DNA of 33,000 nucleotides, taken from contig OZ320313.1 in NCBI GenBank assembly GCA_976226885.1, forward strand, positions 37,572,001 to 37,605,000. The letters are read 5' to 3'. The translations under genes were made by a program, and so were the position numbers. Shown here in pieces: positions 1 to 11,706 of the stretch. Numbering within the stretch: position 1 is the first letter of the stretch; each line of letters begins with the position of its first letter. Source of the stretch: Iphione sp. A-MEVVRFRX5 (lineage: Eukaryota). The notes below the pieces were generated by a model. That model was not told the origin of the DNA. It saw only the letters and a program-made list of their open reading frames with translations, and made no database searches.

Positions 1-758
1 AGGCAAAGGAAATTAAACAGAAGAGGGGCGAGAAGCTGACATTATGAACGCCTGAGCATGTGAGTTCACACATGGTGGAGGAGGACAGGAGAAATGGGTG
101 AGGAGGTAGTGATGAGAAACAGATTGGGAAGGTAGTGAAGGATGCACACCCAAAAGAAAGCGTGAAAGTTAAACTAACAACACTCGGACGGAAATCCCCT
201 CTACGAACTCTACGGACATTGCATAAAAATGAATATATTCAAATATGTCATATATACGCATTGAGCCGGGAGAGAGCGATTGAGAGGGAAAGAGAGAGAA
301 AAGGCAAAGTAGAGGTGCAGAAGAAGCAGTGACAACGTCGCCGTGCATGTCTTGGAAGTTTGCCTAGAACAATTACTCGGCCCGGCTACTTAACATACAT
401 CGCTTGCAAGCCTGCCAGCACCGCCGACTGATTTTTATCGCCCCCCCCCCCGACCACCACTCACCCCCACCTCTTCTCCGTCACTCCCCCCACCCTTCCA
501 CGTAACCCTCGCCTCTCCCCTCACACACATACACACTAACCTCGCCAGTTTGAGCTCTGACATACAGTTTTTCTGTTGATGTTCCTCTTTACCGTGAGGG
601 CAGAAACATTTGTAAGAGGTTCTAAAGGAGCCAAGGATAGAAGGTGGATGGAGAGGAAGACAGGAAGTGAACCAACTTATGAAAGAGGGAACTACAAGAA
701 AGAGATGCTAAGAGAGGATTACAGTGCAAGATAAACTGGAAAGGAGAGGGGACGGAGT

Positions 759-762
<4 letters not shown>

Positions 763-788
<26 letters not shown>
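763..788. repeat. (GA)13 microsatellite
   Basis: Perfect GA dinucleotide run read directly. It explains the LSLSLS tract in ORF 622..831. Confidence 0.95.
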
Positions 789-789
<1 letters not shown>

Positions 790-1808
790 GCAATTTCGAG
801 AGAGAGAACAAGATTCCAGTAATATAATCAAACAATCCCAAGCAATATGGTTTTAGGAAGAAAGGTAGAAGTGAGGATGATCTATTTCACAAACATAACT
901 CTATACATCAATGTGGTGTTTGTCCACTGTGAGAAGTGTACCACCGAATTAAACTACAAGATATGCGAACAATTTCCGAACAGTGATAGGAAGGGGTTGA
1001 GTAGGGGAAAGCCATGTTGTACAGCCATATACCGTTTGTTTAGGAAACTGGGTAATGTAAGTGAATTTTTTTCACACATCAGTTTCTATCCAAGGAATGC
1101 CAACCGTAATTCCCCATGCCGTTTCTACTATATTACAATTGATCTGTGTCTTTTTAAAATTTAATCAAATCATCTTTGGTTTAGTACCAGATTAAATGTT
1201 AGTCCCGGTCTTGATAATCCAGGCAGTTAATCTTCTACTTACTGCCGACATTACACACCAAGTCAATGTCTTTTCAGGATCAAATTTAGAATCAAAATAA
1301 CCGTCATTTTATAAAATATCCTTATTACTTCTGTGCCAAATTGCATATTATCACGACACGAATCTAGCACATTGTAACTGCGTCGTTTCTTCAATTGTCT
1401 ATGACCCGAGACTTATTCAGATCTTAATCGTGCAAAAACGAGCCGCCAAGCTGTGGTGTGAGCAATAAAAAAACTTCACGGCGGTTATCCCACCAAAATC
1501 GACAGAATTGTTTTCATATTTAGCCATACCTTCCGCTGTTATTGGGTATGACTATGTCTGCAATCATAACCGATTATGTGGTCCACCGTTAGACAACCGG
1601 ATCCTCCGCTCAGTTTTATTAGAAACTGACCACATATATTCTATAGTACATTGCCTCTATATACAAGAGCCAACCTCAATATATAAGAAGAGTGTTACGT
1701 TTAAGGATGCCATTCTGCGAATGAGGAAAGTTTTAAATAATTTAGACAGTTTGCATATACGCCAGGGACTGAAGAATCATCTTCGTATCACGTTTATGTA
1801 CATGTATG

Positions 1809-2085
1809 CAGGCCCGTAGCCAAGGGGGTATGGGGGTATCGTCCGATACCCCCCACAAAAGCCAGGAATTCCATCTCTCTAGGCCTATAGTCAAAGGTGT
1901 ATCATGAGAAAGAGGGAGGGAGGGAGAAAGAGAGAGAGACAGAGACAGAGGCAGAGAGAGAGAGGAAGGAAGTCCTCTCTAACCAGGAGTTCCACCTCTC
2001 TAACCAGGAGTTCCACCTCTCTAGATAAGAGTTCCACCTCTCTAATTTGAGATACCCCCTACAATACTTCCTGGCCACTGGCCTG
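1809..2085. mobile_element. Non-autonomous TIR element (MITE), 277 bp, flanked by a 5-bp direct repeat GTATG
   Basis: Left end CAGGCCCGTAGCCAAGG; the reverse complement of the right end is CAGGCCAGTGGCCAGGA, and both ends continue into GGGGGTATC. GTATG lies at 1804-1808 and 2086-2090. Internal hairpin GGGGGTATCG-TC-CGATACCCCC (1832-1853), a GA-rich core and a 21-bp tandem repeat. No coding capacity. Confidence 0.75.
1983..2045. repeat. 21-bp tandem repeat (CCAGGAGTTCCACCTCTCTAA x3) inside the MITE
   Basis: Units at 1983-2003, 2004-2024 and 2025-2045 (third diverged at its 5' end). A detached copy, CCAGGAATTCCATCTCTCTAG, lies at 1862-1882. Confidence 0.9.
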
Positions 2086-4058
2086 GTATGTATACGTTGT
2101 TAATATTCGTATTCTTACTTTAGCGTTCATTGTGAACTTATGCAATTCAGATTGGAACCATAAGCTTCATGTCAATCTCAATTTTCAGTGTCTCCGTTTT
2201 GCCGCACTGCACCTTTTTGCCATTTCTTTTTATCCCCATCTCCATTTAGATTGAAGGAATGAGCAAGCAATGCTTTTCCGAAAGTGACTTTCTTTCATTC
2301 TCACATTGCCATGATGATATTAGACCTCCTTCTTCACTGGTACAGCCGTCTCCTGGCCAGTCTCTATTCAGAGTTGGTCATGAGGAGGTCTATGAAGACA
2401 GATCCATTGTTATATGTCAAGGGAGACTAGAACAGTGACCCTAAGCAGAATTCAGTCCCGTTGCGGTAGACACCCGGAGGGGGTATGTATTAGATGCCTC
2501 AATCCATGATGAAAGCTTATAGAGCATGAGGTCGATTGCTCTAATTGCGTGCTCAGAAACGTTGATAAGGCACTGGAGTGCGGTTCACATGACTTGAACT
2601 TTCCTACTTGCAGACGACGGGCGCGGGGGACGGAGGCGGCACTACCTTCATTACACGTGAATCACCTAATTTACATTCTGTGGCTTCTTGCCGACTTCCA
2701 TGAAGTTATGTGATGTGTTATGTGCCCTTTGTAGCATTTCATAAACTCATTCCCTGCATTGCTGTCGAAGAAACATGTTGATCGAAGGTTCAGTTCTCCC
2801 CCAGACCCCGCCTCCAGATCTGAAGTCAAAACCTTAGAGGCTATGCCTCTCATTAAGATGTGCATGGATGTACATATACCCATTGGGGCCAAAAGGATAA
2901 CCATCCTGAAAAGAAAGAAATTAAAAAAAAGAAAATGCACAATAAAATCAAGATAACGACCTCTGCCCGCAGGTGTCCTTAAATAAAATCCAAGGTTCGC
3001 GGATGTTTCTTTGTCATCTAAACTATGACTCGATACTTACCGTAAACACTGTGCAGTAGGCCTCAAAGTGGATCAGGGGATGTCCTATATAGAAACTGAG
3101 AACGGTGACTCATGAGATTGCTGAAGTTCCGGTTGGTTATGTTATTTCAAAGATTTTAACAGCTATTTAAAGCCCTTTTTATTACTTATATCCTTAGCAC
3201 CTTTAAACAAGTCGACATACATTTCTTATATTTCTTGCTTTCGACGTGCATCATCTTCCAGTCAATCTATATCGATTACATTATTTTTCAGAAGATAACT
3301 CGAACATTTACAATAGTATTTATTACATCAATGACAAATTCATTGTGTTTATTACATAACTGATATTTAGTATTAGCAGCTAAGCAGTCTAACATTGGTC
3401 TAGAACGTCTGGGTTGCTTACATACGTTGGTGTCCATGCGATTGTGATCCATTTTTTATCTATTTAGGCCGGCGTTCCACGTACACATGTTTTTGTCCGT
3501 ACTGCATGGGTGTCCGGAAATTCGGCTGACTTCCCAGACCTCTCCAGAGAAGTGCTTTCCATGTATATGTGTGCATGCATGCATGTGTCAGAGAGAGAGA
3601 AACTGTGCAGGTTGTATGCAAATGATATACAAATAAGAAAATATTTCACCACATCTAACACATGTTACACAGTGTTTCTGTTTCTTAAAATGCCCCAAAC
3701 TCCCCTTTATATACTTCTCATATATATGTCCATACTGTGGAATCTGGAGAAATTTATGGCCCAAGTCCATTTTCTGTCTCCAGACCACGGACCACACAAC
3801 TGTATGCATGAAAAGAGTCATGTAGACTCTCATAGAGTCATTATTTTCCATACTACATAGTCTGGACTCTGGAGATGCAAGGAAAGCTGGCGTTAGATCT
3901 GTTTTGATTGAAACAGTGATATCTATTGTAAGGTGTCAATGCATCCGTGTGCATGACTGTCTGTGACCATCTGTGCCCATTCGTGAGTCCATTAATGGTC
4001 CCCGACCTATAATTCAACACACATGGATGCCAAACAGACAGCAGTAAACAGGACATAA

Positions 4059-4274
4059 CCTTTGAATCAGGTGAAAGTCCATGAAAGATTTATGAAAAAT
4101 GATATTTTCATACTTTTTCTAGTGACCTTCACTAGTTTTTATATTTTGTCAAGTGAAAATACCCAGTTTTTATACTTTTTTTCCAGTGAAATCCGCAGTT
4201 TTTATACTTTTCCGTGGAACTTCATGCAACCTCAATGCAACCTCAATAGACCGTCTGTGAGGTTGCTTTGAGGG
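4059..4274. repeat. Degenerate ~30-bp tandem array with terminal hairpin; possible decayed MITE
   Basis: Four units of the type CAGTTTTTATACTTTT...AGTGAA (about 4105-4223), an 11-bp duplication ATGCAACCTCA x2 (4224-4245) and an inverted repeat GCAACCTCA / TGAGGTTGC. The ends are only weakly complementary (CCTTTGAATC vs CCCTCAAAGC). Confidence 0.45.
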
Positions 4275-5344
4275 AAAATACATGTAAAATGCATATTAAT
4301 GCATATGGATGACAAACACAGGTGAACACACCTTAAAGCAGGTATTGAACCAATGTAATGACTCCTGATTATATCGCCTTATAATATATAGTTCTTACCA
4401 TCATACATTGGCCAATGGAGGCTCATTGACGCATCAGTTACCATTGTGCTTCCAGATAGTCCCTAGTTTGTAGGGATGGACAGAAATAAGCAATGTCAGA
4501 CAGGGAAGCAGATCCACAAACAGAAAAGCATGCGGGTAGAAGAGGGAAACCGTTGTAGGGCGCGAGGCTAGATATACAAGGATGAACACCAGGAATACTA
4601 TTTACCAGACCGCACCATCCTCCCTAGCAGGTTCTCTCTATTCGGCAAGTTAGACGTTGTAGCCAACAACCGTCAACAGAGGGATTTCAAAGTGAAGCCA
4701 AGCCATGCCATACCATCTGCGTCCACTCCCAGACATTTTTCAATGCCAACGTCGAGCGCCATGACAACATGCACCTCCATGAAACACAGATATAATTGGA
4801 CCTGTCCATTGTCCCCCCATGGTCGTTGGGGATGTTGGTGACAGAAATCAGACCCATGCCAAGCAAGCCCTCCCCCTACCTCCATCCCCACACAGAATCA
4901 CTTACTCGAAAGGGGATTCTTTTTTGGAAACACCACATCATAATTGTGGTGGGGTAGGCACTTAATGATGTGCACGTTTTTCCATGCATAGGTTACCCTT
5001 GGTCATATAGCACGGCTTACAGACAGTCCAAGTGGCTACTGTAGTGTTAACTTCATTTGCTGGAGATATTGATATTATTTTTGTATGCTTTATACAGAGA
5101 GCGATGTCCTTGGGATGGGCGGCACGGAGAACGTTTAAAAAAATATTGAATTTTGGTTGACACAAAGAAAGCCACAACTTCACTGAGATCTTCTGCAGAA
5201 GAGCTAGAGGCTGTGGGTACCACTTTCTAGGAGCAAGAAGCCAACAGTCAAACGGGGGGAGGGGCTGCAGAGAGAGGGAGAGGGGGAGGAAGGGAGAGTG
5301 AGGGAAAAATGACACAAACAGGGGGAGAAGGGGAGAGATACAGG

Positions 5345-5350
<6 letters not shown>

Positions 5351-5404
<54 letters not shown>
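5351..5404. repeat. (GA)27 microsatellite
   Basis: Perfect GA run. It accounts for the LSLSLS tracts in ORFs 5204..5443 and 5248..5724. Confidence 0.97.
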
Positions 5405-5406
<2 letters not shown>

Positions 5407-7555
5407 TGAATGAATTTGTCCCTGGATGTGTGCGCCTACACACCTATGTTGACCCGCTAGTCCCCCACTACCACCTACCTTTGCCGGTCGTAGTTGGAAC
5501 AATACCGAAAACGGTCGAACAGATTGATTGGCAACTGGATAAGTAGGTAAGGGATGGTAGTTAGGCAGGTGGGTAGCAAGGGGGTCTGGGAGTAGGGTCA
5601 GCTTGGTTTTCAATCTTAAGCACGCACCAACCTTGTCATCGCATCCTATGTCAGGGTATTGTTGGCAAGACAAAAGGGGCTTGGAGCCGAGTGGGAGGTG
5701 ACACAGGGGGTGTGGGGGGACCACGAATCTCGGCGAAAATTGTCTTTGCCACGCAAGTAGCAGATGTAGCCTTCTGCTCTGGGGTGTGGCTGGGATATGT
5801 GAGGGTGGGCGGGAAGGTTGAGGGAGGGTGTGAAGCTCTTGGCACGGCAGACAGACAATAGGTAGAAGTCATCGCGAGATGGCGCCGAGATTGAACTAGA
5901 CCGTGATTGCTGACTTTGGGAGGGTTTGGGAGTTAAAACACTGACGTGTCGACTGACATGCACATATGCACGTGCACGCACGTGTACCAATTAACAGGAC
6001 CATGTATATTTACAGACATGACAGATATACATGATATCTCAAATTCTTTCTCTGTTACACGAAAAACAGCCCAAGTTTGCGACCTGCAGCTCCTGTCATC
6101 GCCGACTTGTATCAGTCATCTATATGGTAAGGAGGAATGACAGTGTTTACCTAGCCGTGCTTGGCAATTTTGGCCTCCCAAAACGGTGTCAAAGAAGATA
6201 AACTTCTCAGAATGTGTTGCATGAGTTCGCAGTTACAGAAGAATGATTTGAGTGTATAGGCGTAACTGTAAGTAGGAGTTCGGCGTTCGTGGTCTTCAAA
6301 GCAATGACTTATAATGACTTCAAAAGAACGACGTATACTAAAGCGTGCATTATTCAACGTTTTGACATCAAAATCTAGAAGTATACAAGATGCTTCTACA
6401 CAGACACAAATCAAGGGTGGTCAGTGTGAATAAGAGGGCTTTCAGCTAGACAAAGCCTTTACAAGCTATTTCCACCTCAAAACACGTTCCTAGCCCAACT
6501 TCTTCTCACATGCGAGCAACGTGAAATCTAGAATGTTAAGGGCAGGGTTAGTGATAAATAATGTGTTCCTTATGTAATCTATGTTCAACTATGTATGCAA
6601 AATATCTTTCTACAAGCTTGATCATTGACTACAAGTTGGAGGGAGTATGAATTTGGAAGTCTGCACAGGTTTCATTCAATATGTAGCCGGATAAGAATAT
6701 CTGGGGAATCCTGTAGCACTGAAGATTGTTGACCGTACTTGCACAGATTTCCAATACAATATCAATTTTACAACATAGTAAACATAATATGTCATTTCAG
6801 TGTAAAGCACATATAAAAGAAATGATGTAAAAATGTATGAGCAGAAAACTACAGTATTGCATTTATTCACCAGCAGATTAGAACACAATGTCTGCAGAGA
6901 GACACATACACGACCCCTAGCTACATAAAGCACCTTGAAAGACTGCATCATAAATCGCCTTGAATAAACCCCACTATGACAAGACTAGCCTGATGAAAAT
7001 GGGATGCATGAGAAGACAGTAACTAGGGCCACTCCCGACCTTCGTTCATCATTAATCACATCTTAGTAAGAATGGTCTATGAGGTCTGTTGTAGGATATA
7101 GAACATGACAGTAATTGCCCTATGAATATATGTATGTAGGTGTTCTGGATAATAGCCACTCCTTTTGCAAGCAGAACATGTTACCTGAAATACCCTTGTT
7201 ACACCTAGGGTGGTCCTTTCCTGTTGGAAGCAGTGTGTTTAGAAGACTGGCAGCATGACTTTCTGTGTGCGAGATCAACTAGTATTTTCTTCGTAATAAG
7301 GAATTCTTTATTAAGAATCAGGCTCCCATCTGTCAGGCACCTATTATATTACCTAGCAAAGAAAATGACATTATTGGTTGAATATTTTACAATTTGATGC
7401 AATTTGATACCTTTAAACCGACACATACTCAGAGAAATAGCTCCAGGGCTGTACAATTTTCCCATTTTCACCCAAAATGTGTGAAAGAGACATTAAAAAT
7501 TGAGACAACTTTTTTTGTGTCTCACTGATTTGGTGCTGAAATAGCAACAGTGATG

Positions 7556-7600
7556 TACAGTAGAACCTTCTTATCCGGAGTACCTCCGTTAATTGAAATT
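7556..7600 (+). mobile_element. Solitary pogo/Tigger-type terminal inverted repeat fragment
   Basis: TA followed by CAGTAGAACCTTCTTATCCGGA resembles, from memory, the TA-CAGTAGAACCTC..TTATCCG termini of Tc1/mariner-pogo MITEs. No clear partner TIR was found. Confidence 0.35.
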
Positions 7601-7636
7601 GTGTATGGATGATGAAATATCCGGTTGCTGAAACTG

Positions 7637-7791
7637 CTACCCATGCATCTCCTGGTGGGGAAAACTTGCATAATTTTAAACCTATGTAACCCTTTAAAGT
7701 AGAAAGTAAAGGAATTGATGTTGTTTTAAACTCTGTTACTCTCTCTGAAATCACTACCCATGCATCTCTCGGTAGGGAAAAATGGCATAAT
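7637..7791. repeat. 38-bp direct repeat, two copies 117 bp apart
   Basis: CTACCCATGCATCTCCTGGTGGGGAAAACTTGCATAAT (7637-7674) vs CTACCCATGCATCTCTCGGTAGGGAAAAATGGCATAAT (7754-7791); 33/38 identical. Confidence 0.75.
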
Positions 7792-10506
7792 GGTAATGTA
7801 TGTATAAAAAGGGAGAATTTGTATGTACATGCATCTCAAAAAGCACCATTATCAGTGCAACCATATACATTATGGGCCTACTGCTAACCACTTTCTAATA
7901 CATAGATTTCACTGTATACTATTGCATAAAGTTCATCGATGCTCCTCACCCTTAGGATGCCTTAAACTACATTTTGAAACAATTTGCTGATGAAAATGCT
8001 GTTGAACCAGATAATTTAATATCATGCTTCAAGGCCTCTATTGACTATAATGTGAAGACCTGATGATAAACTAATATACTATCCTGTAAGCTGAACTCAC
8101 TTACTTGAAATAGAGCACATCGTTTATTAACAAGATATCACAGGCCATTTCAGAACTTTTTATCTCACGTTTAAAACTCTCGATATAGAGTCATTTCTAG
8201 TCTTCATGTTCCCCACAGTTTGATCCTTCACATGTAAGCAATTCACTGATCACGTGTATCATAGAAACATTCTGTGTCCAGTGTCATAATGATGTTTTTT
8301 TAACTGTTTCCTCAGATAGCTGAAGGGGTTGTACCAACAAATGGTTAAAAGTGCGTCATCTCTACCCGTTTATTTGTTTGTCACCATGTGTTATGAGATT
8401 GGTCAATTATTATAGAGAGTGAGGTAACGGTATAAATTATGAGGAATATGCTCAAATTTACATTTCATGTGAAGTAGGATTTCACATACACAAAGCCAAA
8501 CTGACAATTAAAATACCTCTTAACAATAAAATGCTGTTTGTTATATTACAAATAGTCCTATTGGCAAAATTAGTGTCATGCAGGATATTCCAATACCAGG
8601 TCAAACTGTAGAATGAGAAAGTTAGTATATTGCACCATAGAGTAACCTGAAGGTTGAAATACTAGTATCTACCAAGTATTGTACGTCCTGTTAGTATTGA
8701 ATAAATACCATAATTATGATTATAAATAGATTAAAAAACACTGAGAAAATTCTTTTGTCTCGCTGTTCTTCGTACAATAGGAACAACACAGGGGAAAGAC
8801 TGTCATCCAATTAGTACTTACTGATCCAATATACATGTATACACTTGACTCATCCTTTTTACCTGTTTTAAACATCCGTGTCGAATCCTTTGAAATCCAT
8901 AGTTAACAGCTCTACCTCAGTTTAATCTTTAGTTTAATCACAAATGTCATTCATTTCAGTATGCAAAAATGTGTATACGTTTCATTGCAAGCAGAATAGG
9001 GTTTGTAAAAATTAGAACAACTAATCAGTATTCACCGTTTAACAGTCAGAGACAGAGACGTTTTAAAGCCAGTTATGGCTGCTTTATTTTGTGCGTGGCC
9101 AGCCAGCATATTTTACAGTATTTATATTATCGAAGATCTTCCAGCACCGATATGATTCGTTTTTGGAGAAAAATGATTACACTTTAAAGAGAACAAACCT
9201 ATTTTCGACTGAAAAAAAATTCTGATATTTATGTTAAAGTAGAATCTAGGTGCGTTCCTAAAAATCTAGTAACGCATCGTCTGCTTCTGTGAAAACTAGA
9301 AAATGTTGGTCGAGTACACTAATGCATTATCTAGTTGCAGCGTCAATATAAATACGATGAACGCAATAGCATGTATATACTTCCTACAAGCATGCACACG
9401 TGCCTGTCACACTCACATCCAGACACACCTTAACCCACAAAAATAAAGAGACGAATCTCGACCGGGTATCCCGAAAAGCGAGCAGAGATAATCACTCCAT
9501 GTTGCCGGCACATGTCTACAGAGATGTTGTTCATGGTCGCATGTCAACATGGCTGTGGGCTAGCACGGCTGCCCTACCCGTGTGAACTGAGGCTTGCACG
9601 CAACAACTAGACGTCGTACGTCCATTTTACAAGACGGAGAATGGATATAATTTATTACCCGCGTTAAGTGTAGTATGCCCATTCGCCTTGGTCAGAATAC
9701 CAAGCATCATGGCACATGCACAAACGATTTCAGAGCATAATAGTCTTTCTTGACTGTTAACCATGCGCAGTCGTGTAAAGGAAGGAATTTAAATTAGTGT
9801 TGAGTTTCATGGACTACTTATTGGCCTTGAAATGGCGCGCGGAGTACTGTCACAGGAATTGCTCGGTTTCTACTTTTAGCAGAGGAATTTCGTCTCCAGG
9901 CGTCTGTATGGTTGGTCGAAAAGGTAAAACCTTTAACAGTTTTTAGTGGAATTTGCTTGGGAGAACAAAAACGGGTACATAATATGCTTGTTCTTATTTT
10001 CAAAGTCACGTGCAAAATCGCTTTACATATTCATTCATTTCTAGCAGTTTAGGCAGACACGGATGAACACAGACCATATACAGCGTTCAACGTCCCAAGC
10101 TGACATTGAATCAGAATATTAAAAATAACTTCGAATTAAATACCAATCACATTTGTACTTGTGGGCGGACATACTATAGTATAAAAACAGAATTGTCACC
10201 AGAAATCATCCATTACTGAAATGCAAAACATAGCCATAATTAAAGCCATTGTTCGTCATGTCATTGCCATTCTGCATTATATAAAACGACCATTTCTGAA
10301 GAGAGTGCTTTTGCCTACGCTTTAATCGGAATAAAAACACTGGAAAGCGATTGTTACACTTAACGTAAAACCTCTATTGGGAGGCACAAGTTTTACGGAC
10401 GCCGTAGTTAATATGTGAAAGTTTTTTTTTCAATATGGTAACAACGCCCACAACTTCTTTTTGAAAGTGATTACACTACGTGAAGTATGTCCTTATTTTT
10501 TCCCAG

Positions 10507-10856
10507 GAGAAACCTACTTTTAAGTTGATTCGGAGGCCCGTCATTTTTAACACATGACAAACCTTGAGTCGTCTGAGAGGCTCTACGGTAAATGGCGTCG
10601 CCCTGTGTCATATGAGTTTGAGTATTGGCAATGAATCAGTTCTGGAAGGTCGGACCCTGAGTCAGAGTTGAAAACTAGAATGCCTCTCCTCTGACTGGGC
10701 CCCCTGCTCGCCCCACCAGTTCCCACGATCGTCCTCACAAACAAGATCGAAAACGAGGCGAACACGACGCAATATGAACAACCACCACCAGGTGGCTCCA
10801 AGGTCAGAGGTGGGGCGCATGCGTCGCGGATGACTGGCTGGGTATGGACGGGAACG
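10507..10856 (+). other. CpG-rich patch bounded by strong splice signals; candidate exon, product unknown
   Basis: Acceptor CCTTATTTTTTCCCAG|G at 10506, donor ACG|GTGAGT at 10857, alternative acceptor CCCCACCAG| at 10719. About 25 CpG in 10561-10920 (hand count). No peptide recognised. Confidence 0.3.
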
Positions 10857-11706
10857 GTGAGTAGAAGAACAAGTGGTGATCAACTGGCGCGAAAACGGCG
10901 GAGGACACTCGGCCACGGACTATAATTCATAAGTACTGAGAGTCAGTTTTTTCATGCTTTCATTCTATATAACATACTAACATGCCAATTCGACTTTGCT
11001 TCAGGGTGTTTGACGAGTAAGGGGACAATGAAGAAACTACAAAATATGCAATACAGACATACGTGTGACTACACCCACAAATAATGAATAAGTATGCAAC
11101 CAACGGTGACATTTCGTGCATATTTTGAGTTAATACCTGGGTGGAGGTAACCCCACGTTTGGTTAAAGAAACAAAGCAGGCTGTTGATTTAGGATGACAT
11201 TATGCTCAGGTGTCTGACGTGCCAGCAGCGTTCTTGGGCAGGGTAGTTGGCAAGATGTAGTTGGGAAATGTCGACATGACGAGGACGGGGAGCAATCACA
11301 TGCGGCTCTCCGCAAAGATGTGAGCTAGAGCCAGAAAATGATGGCACAAATAAGGCAATTCACCCGAGACAGCCAACAGTGGTGGGAACAATTTATCCCA
11401 GTTAGCCAACTGTGATGGGAACATCAGTGGAGAATGGTGGAAGATGCCAAGCTGTGGTGAGGTGGAAGAGGAGGTGGAAGATAAGAGAGGAGGAGTCGGA
11501 CGAGAAAGAAAGGATGACGAGCAGTGGAAAATAAGGGAGGGTTGGGGGCGGTGTTGATATGGGACAAAATAAGATGGGATAAGGTAGGGCGAGATAGGTG
11601 AAAGATAACGTACTAAGGTGCAAGGAAAAAGGAAGAGATGCGGGAAGAAGGAATAAACAGAGGAGGACTCGACCATTGGTTTAAACAGAATGGGTAATAC
11701 ATATAT

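Noticed and set aside
135-1164. ORFs 135..332, 622..831 and 847..1164
   Set aside because: Driven by GA-rich/(GA)n sequence or chance; no domain or splice support.
2634-2680. Acceptor CCTACTTGCAG followed by DGRGGRRRHYLHYT*
   Set aside because: Too short, and all three frames give equally arbitrary peptides.
3041-3084. 44-nt minus-strand segment with AG/GTAAGT reading HPLIHFEAYCTVFT
   Set aside because: Canonical sites, but too short to distinguish from chance and not linkable to other exons.
4572-4841. ATG-less + frame IYKDEHQEYYLPDRTILPSRFSLFGK... and overlapping ORF 4673..4891
   Set aside because: No recognisable family and no convincing acceptor or donor.
5803-5828. G-quadruplex-type motif GGGTGGGCGGG..GGGAGGG (similar C-rich tract at 15958-15986)
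   Set aside because: Such motifs are common in purine-skewed DNA; no evidence of function.
4962-5990. Overlapping minus-strand ORFs of 73-158 aa
   Set aside because: Products of a G/A-skewed low-complexity tract and the (GA)27 repeat.
10554-10925. 123-codon frame interrupted only by two in-frame TGA codons (selenoprotein or readthrough idea)
   Set aside because: No SECIS-like hairpin or selenoprotein motif recognised; TGA is the expected stop in GC-rich DNA.
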